Shown one piece after another: positions 51,814-64,000 of a stretch of DNA of 64,000 nt (the stretch's first letter is position 1; each line of letters starts with the position of its first letter). Source of the stretch: Anthoceros angustus (Eukaryota > Plantae > Anthocerotophyta); contig MU008162.1 in assembly GCA_010909165.1 (NCBI GenBank), forward strand, positions 1,054,001-1,118,000, given 5' to 3'. Below the pieces are notes generated by a model. That model was not told the DNA's origin. It did no database searches and worked only from the letters and a program-made list of their open reading frames with translations. A program made the translations under genes and the position numbers.

Positions 51814-53470
51814 ATGGCGCTCAGGCTGCAGAGATGTCTGGGTGAGGTGTCCTGTCACCTGCACTGGGCCGCTCAGGCTCATTCTCAGGGCTCCCCTGCT
51901 TCCCGGAGCAGCCTGCAGGTGCGGTGCGTGTCGAATTCGGTGCCCCGGGAGAGCCCGCATTTTGGCCGGCGGAATGCGCATGCGCAGGATGTGGCGCTGT
52001 CGGCTACCGAGGTGAGGATTCCATTCCATGCTCGGGACTGGGTGGCAGGCATGAGAGTGATTTAGTGCACCAGCTTGTGGTTCTGTTTGTGGGCGATGAA
52101 GAATGGGATTGGAATGCTTGGGTGCAGGGGAGGACAGCCAATGCCGCCTCCACCACCTGGATGCCGGAGCTGGGCGCGGATTGGGGCTTCCTAGGCCCGC
52201 GTGATGACGTGGACATGGCGAGGGCGGTTTTGTCAGCGGCAACGGAGGAGACGTCCTCTGCGGGCTACCAGGCTTTGAGAGACGGGCTGGAAACCCTGGC
52301 TATGCTGCAAGAAGTGCAGCTTCCGTGGGACATAGCTGCGGATTTGGATGCCTTGCCCGGGAACGAAGGTGTGTGATAATGGGCAGGGAATTTGCTTCTG
52401 CTCGTGAACTGCATTGGACGTTTTAGTCATGTCCCGGATACCTGGTGTAATGGCTGTGCAGAGGATGAGGAATGGAGTTTTCAGGCCGAGGATTTTCAGG
52501 TAAGAAGGAAAACTGTGTGGAAGAGTGCCAGAGATGTAGAGTGTTTTTGTGGCAACTTCCGTGCTCCCTCGGGTATTTCAGGTCTGTCTTTGATGCCGCT
52601 GCCGCTGCTGCCATGTCCAGTGGGCAGATCGACGAGACCCCTTGACGACTTTCAGCTCCTTGGAAGGAGCATCCAGCACCAGCTATGACCGGATCTGGGA
52701 GCTCCGAAAAAGGCACGGTTTGTGGTACGTACTTCACCTCTCTCGGCCTTCCTTTCCCCGGTAAACCTGAACTAAATTCATCTCCCGCTGTGCTCCAGGT
52801 TCCCTGCAGACCAGGCCAGCCATCCCCAACCAGCTTGCTCACTCAGCCATCCTGCTGACCTGCAGTCCAGATCTGAGGTGGGAAACACAGAGGTTAGCAT
52901 GTCGTTTTGGTTTGAGATCCTCCCAGCCAGCTCGCCAGCCTTCCCAGCACCTTCTGAGAGCACAGTATGTTGTCTCCCTTCCTCCTGCAGATGCAGACTG
53001 GCGGAAACGCAGCAGCTTCAGCCACCAAGCCCAGTGATGTTTGGGTGTTGGACTCTTCTTTCCTGGTGGCTCTGCTAGACAGCGATGATCTCTACTCCCC
53101 GCTCTGTTTGCGGGCTGTGGAGCTCATGGGGGAGTCCAGGAAGGTGCTGACACAGGAGTGCGTCACAGAAGCGACTCAGCTCATCCGGAGCAAGATCAGA
53201 GGAATCAGAGGAGCCCAACTGGAGCTCTTTCTGTACAAATGCATCGAGACAGGAGTTTTCGAGGTTGTTTGTCCTGGGTCGTGGAGGGAGTGGTCTATGT
53301 TCGCTCGCCTTCTCAGGTACTGGAGACAGACCAGGCTGGGCAATGCAGCTTCCTCCGTTTTGGCCTTAGCGGAGCGGCTGTCTACTCCAAATGTGGCCAC
53401 CTTGGACAGAAGGACCTTCGATTTAGTAGCCACCAAGCACACCGCTACACTCAATCTTCTGCCTAACTAG
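51814..53470 (+). CDS. Predicted plastid-targeted protein with a C-terminal VapC-type PIN domain (384 aa); exons 51814-52011, 52128-52368, 52462-52499, 52621-52724, 52799-52892, 52991-53470
   Basis: Five GT-AG introns of 74-121 nt splice to an uninterrupted 1155-nt frame. The N-terminus MALRLQR..SPASRSSLQVRC/VSNS is transit-peptide-like. The last exon WVLDSSFLVALLD..CVTEATQLI..SVLALAERL...VATLDRRTF..LNLLP follows the bacterial VapC pattern. The PIN exon is more certain than the upstream exon model. Confidence 0.75.
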
Positions 53471-54320
53471 CATGTGCGAGAATCCATGCCTGTATACAGC
53501 TTCCTACACCCTGTACACATAGCGACTCTGTACATCAAATTCATCATTTTTTTCAAGTAGTACCTAATTGTGCACGCAAGCAAACAATAGTTTAGCGAGC
53601 GAACTTTCATAATGAATAGGTGTGCCGTTCTTATGACCTGGGAGCTTGGATTCCATACATGAAGATCACCATGTGCACTATCTAAACGAGGAGGAAGGAC
53701 GGAGAAGGTAACGCTATGTCGAGAACTATCTGGCTGAGACAGTGAATAGCATACACGAGAGACTCTGACTCCAAAATTCGACGCACTGTTCTACTTGAAA
53801 GATGGTGGTATCCAAGATCGCTAGCCTACACAGACCACCACAAGAATCAGTTGCTCTCCAGCATGCTTTCGTTGCTGCTAAGAGTGCGAGGGTTATGTGC
53901 ACGAAGAGAAAGCCGCTTGTTGCCAGGGGTGGTACAGCAAGGTCTGTTAGAGAAGGACATGGACAATCAAACTGCCAGTGGTAGGAAGAAATGTCTATTT
54001 GAGATGGGAGAGCGACATGGAACAAACAAATTTCCCAGGGTTGGTAGGTAGCAGGTCTCTTTGAGAGGGATATGAACAATGAAACCACCGAATCGAGCTG
54101 CAGCACAACATACCTGGCACACGCATCATCAGCTGCTACTCCCGCATCTCATTTCTGGCAAGCAAAGTAATCGCATAGAAATAATTACTTTTTTCTCTTA
54201 AACAGAGCTTAGTTCAATATGTTTTTTCTTATTTGTCTATCATATTTACACGACTGTAGGAAAAAATCAAAATATGCACACGGGAGCATGAGTTAGAAGG
54301 CTGAAGTTCCGCAGGAGCAT

Positions 54321-56716
54321 TCAGTCCAACTTCCCATGCTTCTCATCCCAGATTTTAGGAAGACTGTTACCACGAAGAGCGGAATGGTAAACACGTTTCT
54401 CAGGTAGGCCGATATCTACCATCGTTAGGGACCCCTGCCAGACGGCGATGACCACCGTTTTCAGCGCGAGGACTACTGGGCACCGAATTTAGAGATCTGA
54501 ATGAAACATAGCCGAAATCAAAACTTAAACTCACCTCTGCAGCCATCAACCTGCGAACATTTTGCGCGTACAATTTTGGGTCTTCACACTCCTTTGTTGA
54601 TGGACGATACAGTGGTAGTCTGGTAACTTCCAAATTGTTGACAAACTGGCAGAGCAGTAAACATACATGGCGGACCTGTAAAACCCAAAATGACCCACAC
54701 GAGTTGAGCTCATCCGCGACAACTGGCTTTTTCTTCCAAAACCGACGGGATCATGATGGCCCTTACCCCCGATATAGTGTCCCAAGCAGGACTGAACCTG
54801 ACGTAAGGATATCTCAAAATCACTGGCAGTACAGGAGTCCCTGCCAGAAATGCACCAGTCTTGAAAGGCAGCACATAATCGCCATTGGTGGTTGTGCCCT
54901 CTGCAAAGAAACAGATACATAAGATGAAAAATAAGTTCCCGCTTTAACAATGCCTGTTAACCATGGTTGCTGACAAGAATATGCCTAAATACTATGCATC
55001 ACAATTTCAGGTCATCACCTGGAAAGAGCAGCAGGGATGGTGCTTCTTCATGCTGAGTTGCTGCCTGCAATCGTTGGACAACTACGCCTATAAAAGAACC
55101 ACGAAAGTAATAAGAGGATAGAGTAAACCCACAGTCTTGCAAATGCTTGAACGGACATAGACACAATCTGAATAGAGAACTTTGACTGTGGGATTAACCT
55201 GAAACTCCCTTGAAATCAGTAGATTTTGATTCTCGTTGCACATAAACGCATCCTAGGCACTTGCTGGGACATCAGGAAGAAAAATCCAAACCATTCACAT
55301 AAGCTTGTCAGTTACGAGCTCCAGTTTTGCAAAAGCCAAATTTTTGGGTAGCAATTGAGCTGCAAGTAGTTGACACTAAAACAACCCACCTGATCAAACC
55401 CACAAGAGGTATTCGGGCCACTGATCTCTTCAAATTTGCACCAAACAACATGACCATGAAAAAGGACACGTAGCAACGACGGTAAGAAAATCAGCTGACT
55501 GCAATTTGCCTCTTAGTCACTCTAGCAGAAAGGATAATTCCGCATAAAAAAACTAGCAGTAAGCTGCACACCTTCGCCACGAAACTTGGAAACGACGCGG
55601 ACATGTGATAGAGTATGTCCAAATACGATATGTGGTTGGAAACAATAGCACCTGCTCGAACCGAAGCATTGTCGTCCTCCTCATTGTTCTGCCGCAGAAA
55701 AACAAGGAAATGATGAGGACATATCAAGCTCCCTCGTTCAGAATTCGCTGGCCAAAAGAGAGCATTACGCTTCAGCTACAGGTCCCACGGACTCCACGGC
55801 AGTGAATACCTCGCCTGGTTCTCCCAAGCCAAGCTGAAGCCGTTCCATCAGCTCAGTGTCCCTCTCCGTCACACTGATGTAGTAGAAGCCCAGAATGAAC
55901 AAAATGAGCCGTGCACAGAAACGGCCCGAGTTGAAAATGATGGAGCGGCGAAGACCAGTCAGATGTGCATAGCCATCTAGTCCGTCCTGCAAGGCAACAT
56001 TAGGTTAGAACCCGCTCCGCATCCGGAACACGAAGGAAGCTCTGGTTTGGGGGCCATAGGAGCTGGTGTGCAGGAATTCACATGACAGCTCGCTTGCTCC
56101 CAAGTCCCAAACCAAGAGCTTGAGCTAGAACCTGCTGCGAGGGTGTCCGAAACAGTGTGCAGACCCGGCAAATGACGTAGAAGAGCACAAGTACGAACAG
56201 CAGCGACACCACGCGAATGGGAACAATAACAAGGACCGCCAGAAAGAGCTTGGCAGCCTCCCAGATCGTCACCGGCCCCGCACCCCAAGTACCGTAAGCA
56301 TCCTTCCTCACATATGCAGCATACTTCACTTCCATCTCCTCCAAGCTGTCGGATTCCGCCAGAGTGCCGTTTGCAGCGTGATGCAGCTGCTGATCCAGGC
56401 CGTTGGAGGAGGAGGAAATGACATGGCTGGGAACGTGTCCCTTCATCAAAAGCGGGGCCTTGTCCTCCTTCCTCCTTGACGAATCCAGCTCCTCCGCCTC
56501 TGCCTCTGCCTCTTCCTCTGCATCCGCCTGCTCCTCCACCTCCACCTCCCGTTCCCTTTCCGCAGCAACAGGTGCAAGAGGATGAGAATTGTGGTAGCCC
56601 GCAGGTGTTGAATCCGAGAATCCGTTCATCTCCTTTCTCACCCTCAGCAGCGGCACGTCGTCCATCTCTGCCGCCAGCCCCAGCTGCTCCGACGCCATCT
56701 CCAACTCCAGCCCCAT
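54321..56716 (-). CDS. LPEAT1: Lysophospholipid acyltransferase LPEAT1-like (PlsC domain), multi-exon
   Basis: KYAAYVRKDAYG; IVSNHISYLDILYHMSASFPSFVAK (HxxxxD); LFPEGTTTNG; FKTGAFLAGTPVLPVILRYPYVRFSPAWD; LPLYRPS..E.EDPKLYA.NVR.LMA. Stop at 54321-54323. Confidence 0.92.
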
Positions 56717-57132
56717 GGCAATCAATCCCTTCTACACGTCCGCACCTCCATGGCCAAATCTTTCCTCCACGCTTTCCCTTTCCGATCAATTGGCCTCCAG
56801 TTCAAAGCCGAGAAACGTGCTTCAAGACGTCAACACGCGGATCGTTACGTACCGTATTTATTTCACATTCACCACCGGGTGCATCTCACAACTTGGATTC
56901 TCTGTTCATGGTGCGGGAACCAGGCCCAGCTACTTAAATTTAGGAGATAGGTATATAGGTTACTTCAGTTTGGTTATAGTCATGGTACCGTAGTTTTATT
57001 ATTAGGGCTTTGGGTTTTCCACATCAAAAGGCCAAGCCCTGAGATAGCGAGGTCTTTTCTTCCGGCGGCCATCAGCTCTGACCCTGAGCGGGTGAGGAGG
57101 TCCGTTGCTCGGTACCTGCAGCGGCTTCAGCT
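56717..57132. promoter_or_regulatory. Short divergent promoter region shared by LPEAT1 and RPL9
   Basis: The two ATGs are head-to-head and ~416 bp apart. A telo-box-like ttagggcttt lies at ~57002 and a pyrimidine tract tcttttcttcc at ~57053, ahead of the ribosomal protein gene. Confidence 0.5.
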
Positions 57133-57998
57133 ATGAAGACCATCAAGGCGTCGCAGACTATGGACATCCCAGCCGGCGTGAAGCTGGAGATTAGGGCTAA
57201 GAAGGTGCGGGACGTTTGTTTGTGAGGGGTGGAAGGAGTGGTGTGTTGAATTTGAGCTCGAGCGATGACTGTGTCGTGGTTGTGGCGCTCCAGGTCCGTG
57301 TGACAGGGCCGCGGGGCGTTTTGCTGCGGGACTTCAAGCATCTTAATCTGGACTTCCAGATCATTGAGAACGGCACCAAGCTGCAGGTGGATGCCTGGTT
57401 CGGGAACCGGAAGACGACGGCTGCTATCCGCACCGCCATCAGTCACGTAAACAACCTTTTCATCGGAGTTACCAAGGGCTACCGCTACAGAATGCGGTTT
57501 GTGTATGCTCATTTCCCCATCAACGCTAGCATCTCCTCGGAGAAGGACAACATCGAGATCAGGAACTTTTTGGGGGAGAAGAAGGTGAGGATTTGTGACC
57601 TAAATCTGTGGTTCCTGGTCCAGGTTGAGGGTTTTCTGGTGGCTGATGGTCCTCTGTTAATGACGTGGATGTGTGGCAGGTCCGCAAGGTGGACATGCTT
57701 GGCGGTGTCACGGTTACAAGGTCTGAGAAGACCAAGGACGAGCTGATTCTTGAGGGCAACGACATTGAGCTCGTCTCGAGATCAGCAGCCCTAATCAACC
57801 AGGTCCGAGTCTTCTCCTTTTCTGTACTCGTTACTGGCCGTCGTAGTTTGTAACCAATCTTAGCTTGCGGGACGTAGTAACCGTGGGTCTGGTGGCTCCC
57901 TGCAGATCTGTCACGTGAAGAAGAAAGACATCCGGAAATTTTTAGACGGGATTTATGTCAGCGAGAAGGGAACCATAGCTGACGAAGAGAACTCATAG
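57133..57998 (+). CDS. RPL9: 60S ribosomal protein L9 (uL6), 192 aa; exons 57133-57204, 57294-57584, 57680-57802, 57906-57998
   Basis: [76 protein letters not shown]. Confidence 0.97.
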
Positions 57999-60157
57999 GC
58001 AGATTTAATGTTGAGGCTTTTTGGGACGTGGTGCTGGACTTTGAATGCTGTGCCCGCATGGTGTATGGTATTCAGTTTTGTTCTCCGTCTTCTGTTTTGG
58101 CAGAAGACACCAATCATATGCTTTGCGTAGATAAGAGGATCCATTGGCTCGGTATGCTTCTGATTGACATCTGCGACCAAGCGAATCGAAGAATGTTCTG
58201 ATCCGTCTCCTTGACATTCATCGTCCCCTCGTTCGTATTGGGCAACAAATGCTAGCCCCTCTCTCTGATCTAATTGGACCTTGTCGGAGAAGGAAGTCCA
58301 TCAACTTATTTACTGCGTACAAATCAGGTATTTCGGGCATTTCAGATCCCATTCACTCCATATCTTTGTGTTCTGGACGACGCCTGAACGATTTTTTGGA
58401 GATGATGGTTATTGCCTTCGATTGGAAGTAGTAGGTGACAGTGATCCCAACTTCGAAAAAGTACCGGTATGAACACCATTCCAGTGTTTGGAATTCTGGC
58501 TTCCGTTTCTTGCATTCCTATGTACAGTCGAGTACTTATCTTTCCTCTATGTGCACACAATTTGCCCTGCACTATGAGTTTCTGAACATGTACAAGAAAG
58601 CTTTGGAGTCGTTCCAAATGAACACGCTGCCCTGTTGTACTTGAAAAACATCTTTACATCTTGCAACATTGAACGGTATGATTGAATTGAAAAACATCTT
58701 TACATCTTGCAACATTGAACGGTATGATTGAATTGCACAGCATGAAGAATACAACATACTGGGTGCTGTGGCGAGTTGAAGTAAGAAAAAGAAGTGGACG
58801 GCTTTCTTAGAAACCTACAAGTGCACATTACGACAGGCAGAAAGTCAGAGCTAGACAGGCAGAAAGTCAGAGCTAGAATTCTAACGTTCCCATTTGTCAA
58901 TGGCTATCCGGAATCTGTGAAAGCTCTAGCTTTCACAATCTCTACTTTTACTAAAAGGGAAGGATGAATACATTTGCAAAGCATGCAAGTTTGAGGGCCC
59001 ATCAACAAGGGAAGTCTGGCTCACTAGAAAAGTGACTTTAGGAAATGATACACGCCCGGCCCTGCCATTATCACAAATGCCTGGATGCAAGCGAAGTTTT
59101 GGAAAGTCAAGTTTAAAAAACTTACAACTTCACGATTGGAAGCACTTTGAGTAGATACAATGACGGATAAAACTAGAAATTGCGAGTAGATACAATTACA
59201 GACAGAACTAGAAATTGCGGGTCGTTTTACGCTAGCTTATGACGGTCAAAGAAAGAAAAAAGAAAGATAATGCTACTTCTTCATTCAGACCAATACTTTG
59301 TAGTGCAAGTTTCCAAAGTCATAACTCCTGTTTGTGTGGAAGTGAAAGATGAAGTTATTTGAAAATTATGGTGAATCACTTTATGCTATGCCGTCTTTTT
59401 TGTCAACTTTCAAATGTTTACGAGCTTATGATATTCCCTGAAATCTTTTCCGTGCTAACGAGGTGTGTGACTTGTTGGTAATGAGCAGACATGAAGCTTC
59501 ACGATGTTGGATAGCAAATCAACCTTTGGCTTATGTTCCACTCCAGATCAAATGTTTTGGAAAGAAGAAGCTTTAGCGTATGAGAAGCTTCTTTTGGTTT
59601 TGAAAGGACAGCAGCCCAACGGACTTCACATTTCTAGTTGCTGTTAGAAAGGAGGAGTAGAGAGCTTAAATAATATGTGGACACTTGCTCTACACTCGTT
59701 TCTCTTCTCTTGTTACTTTCTTTTGGAGAGATGACTTCCTGGAAGTCTTCCAAGCTTGCTTGTATGCATTGTTGCAATTTAGAACACCTCAAATATTATG
59801 AAGTCTGAAAGTCACGACTTGGGGAAGTTAATTGGCAGGGGCTACAACAAAATTGCAATCTGTTGTGAAGTTTGCTAAACTCACGTTAACTTCGTCAGAC
59901 GTTCGATGTCTTCAGCACCAAGCCATGAAGACTACAAATGCCTTATTCTTGCTAGGCCGCACATACGAAGCGTGTGTCTTCTCCTCAGACGAAGGGCCGA
60001 TTGTGTAGCTGAAAAAAGCCCTTGTAAGGGCGCATTTTTCTTCCCTTTATAAAAAGATTTGCTAGGTACAAGAAGATCTAGGATCTAGAACTATGAATTG
60101 TTAATGAAAAAAATTAGCTCAGTCTCTACCCAGTTCGTTAAATTTACAACCGCCTCT

Positions 60158-63100
60158 TTAGGCAGGACAGTTCAGCCTCTTGCTTCCAAGCTCTACAGCC
60201 TCTTTCAGTGACTGGCCGAGAGCTCGTGCGAGTGGTGGAGGCACGGCATTTCCGATTTGCCTGTGCTTGAAGTTGATGTTGCCACAGAACTTGTATCTGT
60301 CCGGAAAGCCCTGCACAAGGTAACGGTTTCAACTGATAAGCAGTAGGCACAGTGGAGTCCACGACAGCGGAAAGAGACAAGGCCATCTGCGGTATCCAGT
60401 GGTTAACCACGTGGAGTACTATACCTGGGAGCGTGCGCATTCCCGCACTGTGACGATACGATCTTGCTCCGGGTGGAAGCACATGCCGACTTTGCCCATA
60501 GGCTGAGGGTCTGTGACGGACGTCGGGAAATTCCCTTCCCAATCAAGACGTCCAAACAGGCCCTTCCATTGATTATGTCGGGCGGCAGTGTTAGGAAGAC
60601 ACCACGGGATCAGATCCACCACGGCTCCGGTTGACAGCTTCACCTGTACAGTTCCAACGAAATTCCTCGTTATGAAAATTTCTGGACGTGATTGATGTTC
60701 AAGGCCTCCCAAGTTCGTCAGTCATCAACTCTTCATTGCGACAAGCGGCGGCCTTACCTTTTCCTCCGGAAGGTCACGCCAATCCGCTCCTGGCCGCTTG
60801 GGAATGCGCTTGCACCTAATGTGATTTAGCTCATTCATTTCTTTGCAGATGTGATCCTGGAGTACGTTCTGGTCTCCTCGTATTTCTTTCTGGAACCATG
60901 ACTCCGGATTGTTTCCATACTGCACACCGAGAAGGGTGTTAGATGCAGGACAACTTCAGGAGCACGTATGACCAAGGCCAGATAGCAATCTAGTAGGCTA
61001 CTAAAATTGGCTTGCACCCCGACCCAAGCAGGTGCGATCCCTTACCCCCATTTCCTCAAGTTTGGCACCATTGCTCACAGCAGGAAGGTCACCGACTGTG
61101 TCCCGAACTGTTATTGATCTCAATGGAGCACCCAGAGCAGCGTCCTCTACAGCTGCATACTGCAGACCTCCTGGCAGTGAGACCTTCAACTGTGAGCTGG
61201 CGAACACATGCAATGGCTCCGGCCATTCCGGCAGCCGTTCCTCAGGGGAGGCTGCCCAGATAAAAGCTCGTTTTCGCGACTGAGGAACGCCATAGTTGCC
61301 CGCCTCAAGAACACCAAACCTTACCTGCAAACAACCATTGGGCTCTTAGCATCCAATGAGCTTAACTGCCGAAGTACAGGGGCATAACATTGCCACACGA
61401 GTTGCCGAATCTGAGTCACAATACCTGATAGCCCATCTCAAGAAGAGTAGCCAAAGTCAGACGAAAAGTTTGTCCCTTATTGAAAGACACAAAATTCCGC
61501 ACGTTTTCCAGCAGGAAGTACCGTGGTCGATAATAGTCAGCATACCCAAGAAACGCAAGTATCATCTCACATTGGATTTTGCTCCAAGCTCTGTTACTGA
61601 ACCTGTTCATTCCGGAGAACCCCTGGACAGAGCCGTGGAAGCATGTGAAACATCAGCGAACACCCTCAACTCTAAATCGCAATTTCACATCCCAAGGACG
61701 TGTAATGAGAAATACCTGGCAAGGTGGTCCACCGTTGATGAAGTCAACTTCGCCAGGCAGTGGTAACTTCTTTATAACGTCACTAGTGAGCTGCTTGGAC
61801 AATTCTGCAGCTTCAGGTGTGGTATTGCAGTCATCGAGGTCCCCACCCTTCTCCATAATCGATCTGCCAAAGAGCAACACATAAGATGTGGTGATGAAGT
61901 TGGTGCAGGAAGTGTGCTGGAATGCTTATGCGAATGTACAAGTCAGCACTGTGCGTACCGCAATATCACGTTGCAGTTCGCACAAAACACTTCCGCATCA
62001 GCATGGTTCAGCTTAAATGCATCAGCCGCCAGCTGATCATATTCAATGGCCCACTTGGTGCGGCTCACTCCTGCAAAACATGACAAGCAAGTTCCAGGTA
62101 AGAAAAGAGAGCCACAGAGAAACAACTCAACTCTGGCGCTGTAACAAATCGAGTGGAGTAAGCCCATACCAGATTGCTGCAGCCCTTCAGAGAGACCACC
62201 GCAGCCAGCGAAAATATCCAGGGTGGCAAGGCGCTGATCAGAGCCAGACTCGACTGTATCTTCGCATACTTCCACCGCCTTTCCTTTGCCTTTAACATTT
62301 GTGGGAGTCTCTGGAGAGTGTGCTCTTGAAGAACTGAATTTGACGTGCGCTGGCAACTGTAGACAAACAAGGGCTCGTGAACCTTCAGGGAGGGAAACAT
62401 TTTGACCACAATACACCATGAAAACGGAGGATAGTGATGGTTGTCATATACCTGTTTAACCGTGCCAGCTTTTGGGTCATAGATACAACTGCAGAAGAAA
62501 ACATGTCTCAGGGCAGATTTCGCAGATGTGAACTGCACTTCCGAGCGCCTACGGACGTCACATTTCCCCTTTAAGCGGAGTATGTCGACCTTCGTCACTT
62601 CCTCGGTGTAGTATACCTGCCATAGCACCACCAAAGGTTGACAAATACGATACCGATGGACTGCGGCTCTACCAGCGCCAATCACGACCCACAGTCGTTA
62701 GCTCAAGGAGATCACAGATCGAGAAAAGATAGGCACCTCATAAAGATCAGCTTTGTACGCCTTTTGAGGGCCAACATCCTCAGGCCTATAGAATCTGCGG
62801 ACCGTTAAACTTGAGGGCTTGGTCTCACTCTGGAAGCCAACAAGCTGGCAGATAGCAAAAGCCCTGAGGCCTTTGTTTCTGCTAGCTTTCACCCTTTCGG
62901 CACACGTTGCTTCTGGCAGCGCAGACTTAAATGAATCAGGATCGAGGTAGATGAAATCATCTTTCAGATACTCAACTCCAGCAAGTGCGAACCCGTCTTT
63001 GCCCGGGAGAACCTGTATGCGCTTTGCTTCCTTTTCCCTGCTTGTTTCTTCACACGCTTGACACCTACCGTCACCGCGTGCCAACTTATCAGTTGGGAGA

Positions 63101-64000
63101 CTAAGGAAAGCCCCCTTTCCGGCAGAATATAGAGCTCGGCAGAAAAATTGAACAGGAAGACCACTCTGTTCTCTTTCAATGGCTAGGGCTCTCTCTGCTT
63201 CATCGAGCTTGGTATTGTCTTTCCTGTTGATATATCCCCACGGTCGCTTCCTGATCTCAACAGCGATGGTTCCTAAGGTGTTCTCTATTTCAACATCCAT
63301 GCAATCCTGCACTAAAAACAGCTCTCGCTCGTCAGCAGCATTACCGAGTACCGTGTTCATGCCTCGTTCCAGAATCCTCCCGTGAATCATATGCAGACCC
63401 TTTGTTGTTTCATACAAATACTCGACAAGGAGAATGACACTCTGATCCTGCCCACCCCCATCTACGAGGACAGCGGCCCCAGCACATATCTCTTCGTCGT
63501 TGTAACGAGCTTTCTGATATAGGAGAAACTTCGAGGTTGGCTCACGCTCCGGCTCCCCCGTCCATGTAAATGCATTCGAATCTCTGGTTTCTTTAGTCTT
63601 CGACCTCTTGGGCACAACAGGCTTCACCTTGATGTCGCTTGCAGTCTGAAACACGGTATCCTCCTCAGACTCACTGTTGTCTCCTTCATCTACTTCATCG
63701 TTCTCCTCCACACACACCTGATCTGCTAACGTTCCACCCTCTTCACTCTCAAGTTCCAATCTCTTGTAATAGGAACTCCAGATCCGATTGACAAGGTTGG
63801 TGGTCGTAGCTCGCATGGGTTTCTGCTTCTTGACATCGGGTCCGAGATACGCCCTGGGGTTCAAGTTTCTCCCCTTTTTAACAATGATGGTCTTCTTCTT
63901 GGACACTGATAGCTTGGTGTGATGCCTCTGTTCCATCTTGCTGGCCAGGCCAGAAATAAATGCACAGTTCTTAATCCTGGGATCAGGAAATTCTTCAAAC
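60158..64000 (-). CDS. MET1: DNA (cytosine-5)-methyltransferase 1 (BAH domains plus catalytic domain), multi-exon; 5' end lies beyond the window
   Basis: Motif [71 protein letters not shown]1-specific MRATTT.L.NRIW and RRFYRPED. Stop TAA at 60158-60160. Confidence 0.97.

Noticed and set aside
51358-52242. 294-aa minus-strand ORF
   Set aside because: It is antisense to the spliced PIN gene and its 5' region, the Q/E run comes from CTG/CTC repeats, and no domain is recognisable.
52967-53470. PIN ORF as bacterial contamination or a stand-alone prokaryotic gene
   Set aside because: It is preceded by a polypyrimidine-CAG acceptor and in-frame upstream exons, is flanked by intron-containing plant genes, and has no vapB or operon context.
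58641-59220. Small 23-47-bp direct duplications between RPL9 and MET1
   Set aside because: Ordinary slippage-type duplications in intergenic or 3' DNA with no further structure.
60158-64000. Cytosine methyltransferase plus PIN nuclease as a prokaryote-style defence island
   Set aside because: The methyltransferase is an ordinary spliced plant MET1 with BAH domains, and RPL9 and LPEAT1 lie in between. Proximity alone is not evidence of a shared system.

Overview
Eukaryotic nuclear DNA from a land plant. A non-seed plant is likely (inference): introns are mostly 75-125 nt, genes are densely packed, and there is a Phygy/Selgy-type gypsy remnant with a PHD finger, so bryophyte/hornwort-like or lycophyte. 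The left ~47 kb is a transposon block. Its core is a minus-strand Ty1/copia element delimited by a GTGCG target-site duplication (6219-33396). A ~12 kb Sola2-like DNA transposon (9202-21259) and a 4.4 kb TG..CA solo-LTR-like insert with a TTCCC TSD (21835-26212) sit inside its 3' region. The block also holds Harbinger, gypsy, CACTA and second-copia remnants, a frameshifted SKP1 gene, and many head-to-tail duplications with microhomology junctions. The right ~17 kb is gene-dense: an MS5/SDI1-like TPR gene, a six-exon gene encoding a predicted plastid transit peptide fused to a bacterial-type VapC PIN domain, LPEAT1, RPL9, and the 3' part of MET1. Two candidates for new biology stand out. (1) An intron-containing, probably organelle-targeted VapC-like gene with one catalytic Asp changed to Ala. 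(2) A cassette of tightly packed antisense ORFs (a membrane peptide, a C2HC zinc-finger/NLS protein and its decayed paralog) between pol and the 3' LTR of the copia, visible only after the nested insertions are removed. Repeat copies are indel-rich, so some frameshifts may be assembly errors. All family assignments come from motif recognition by eye; no searches were run.
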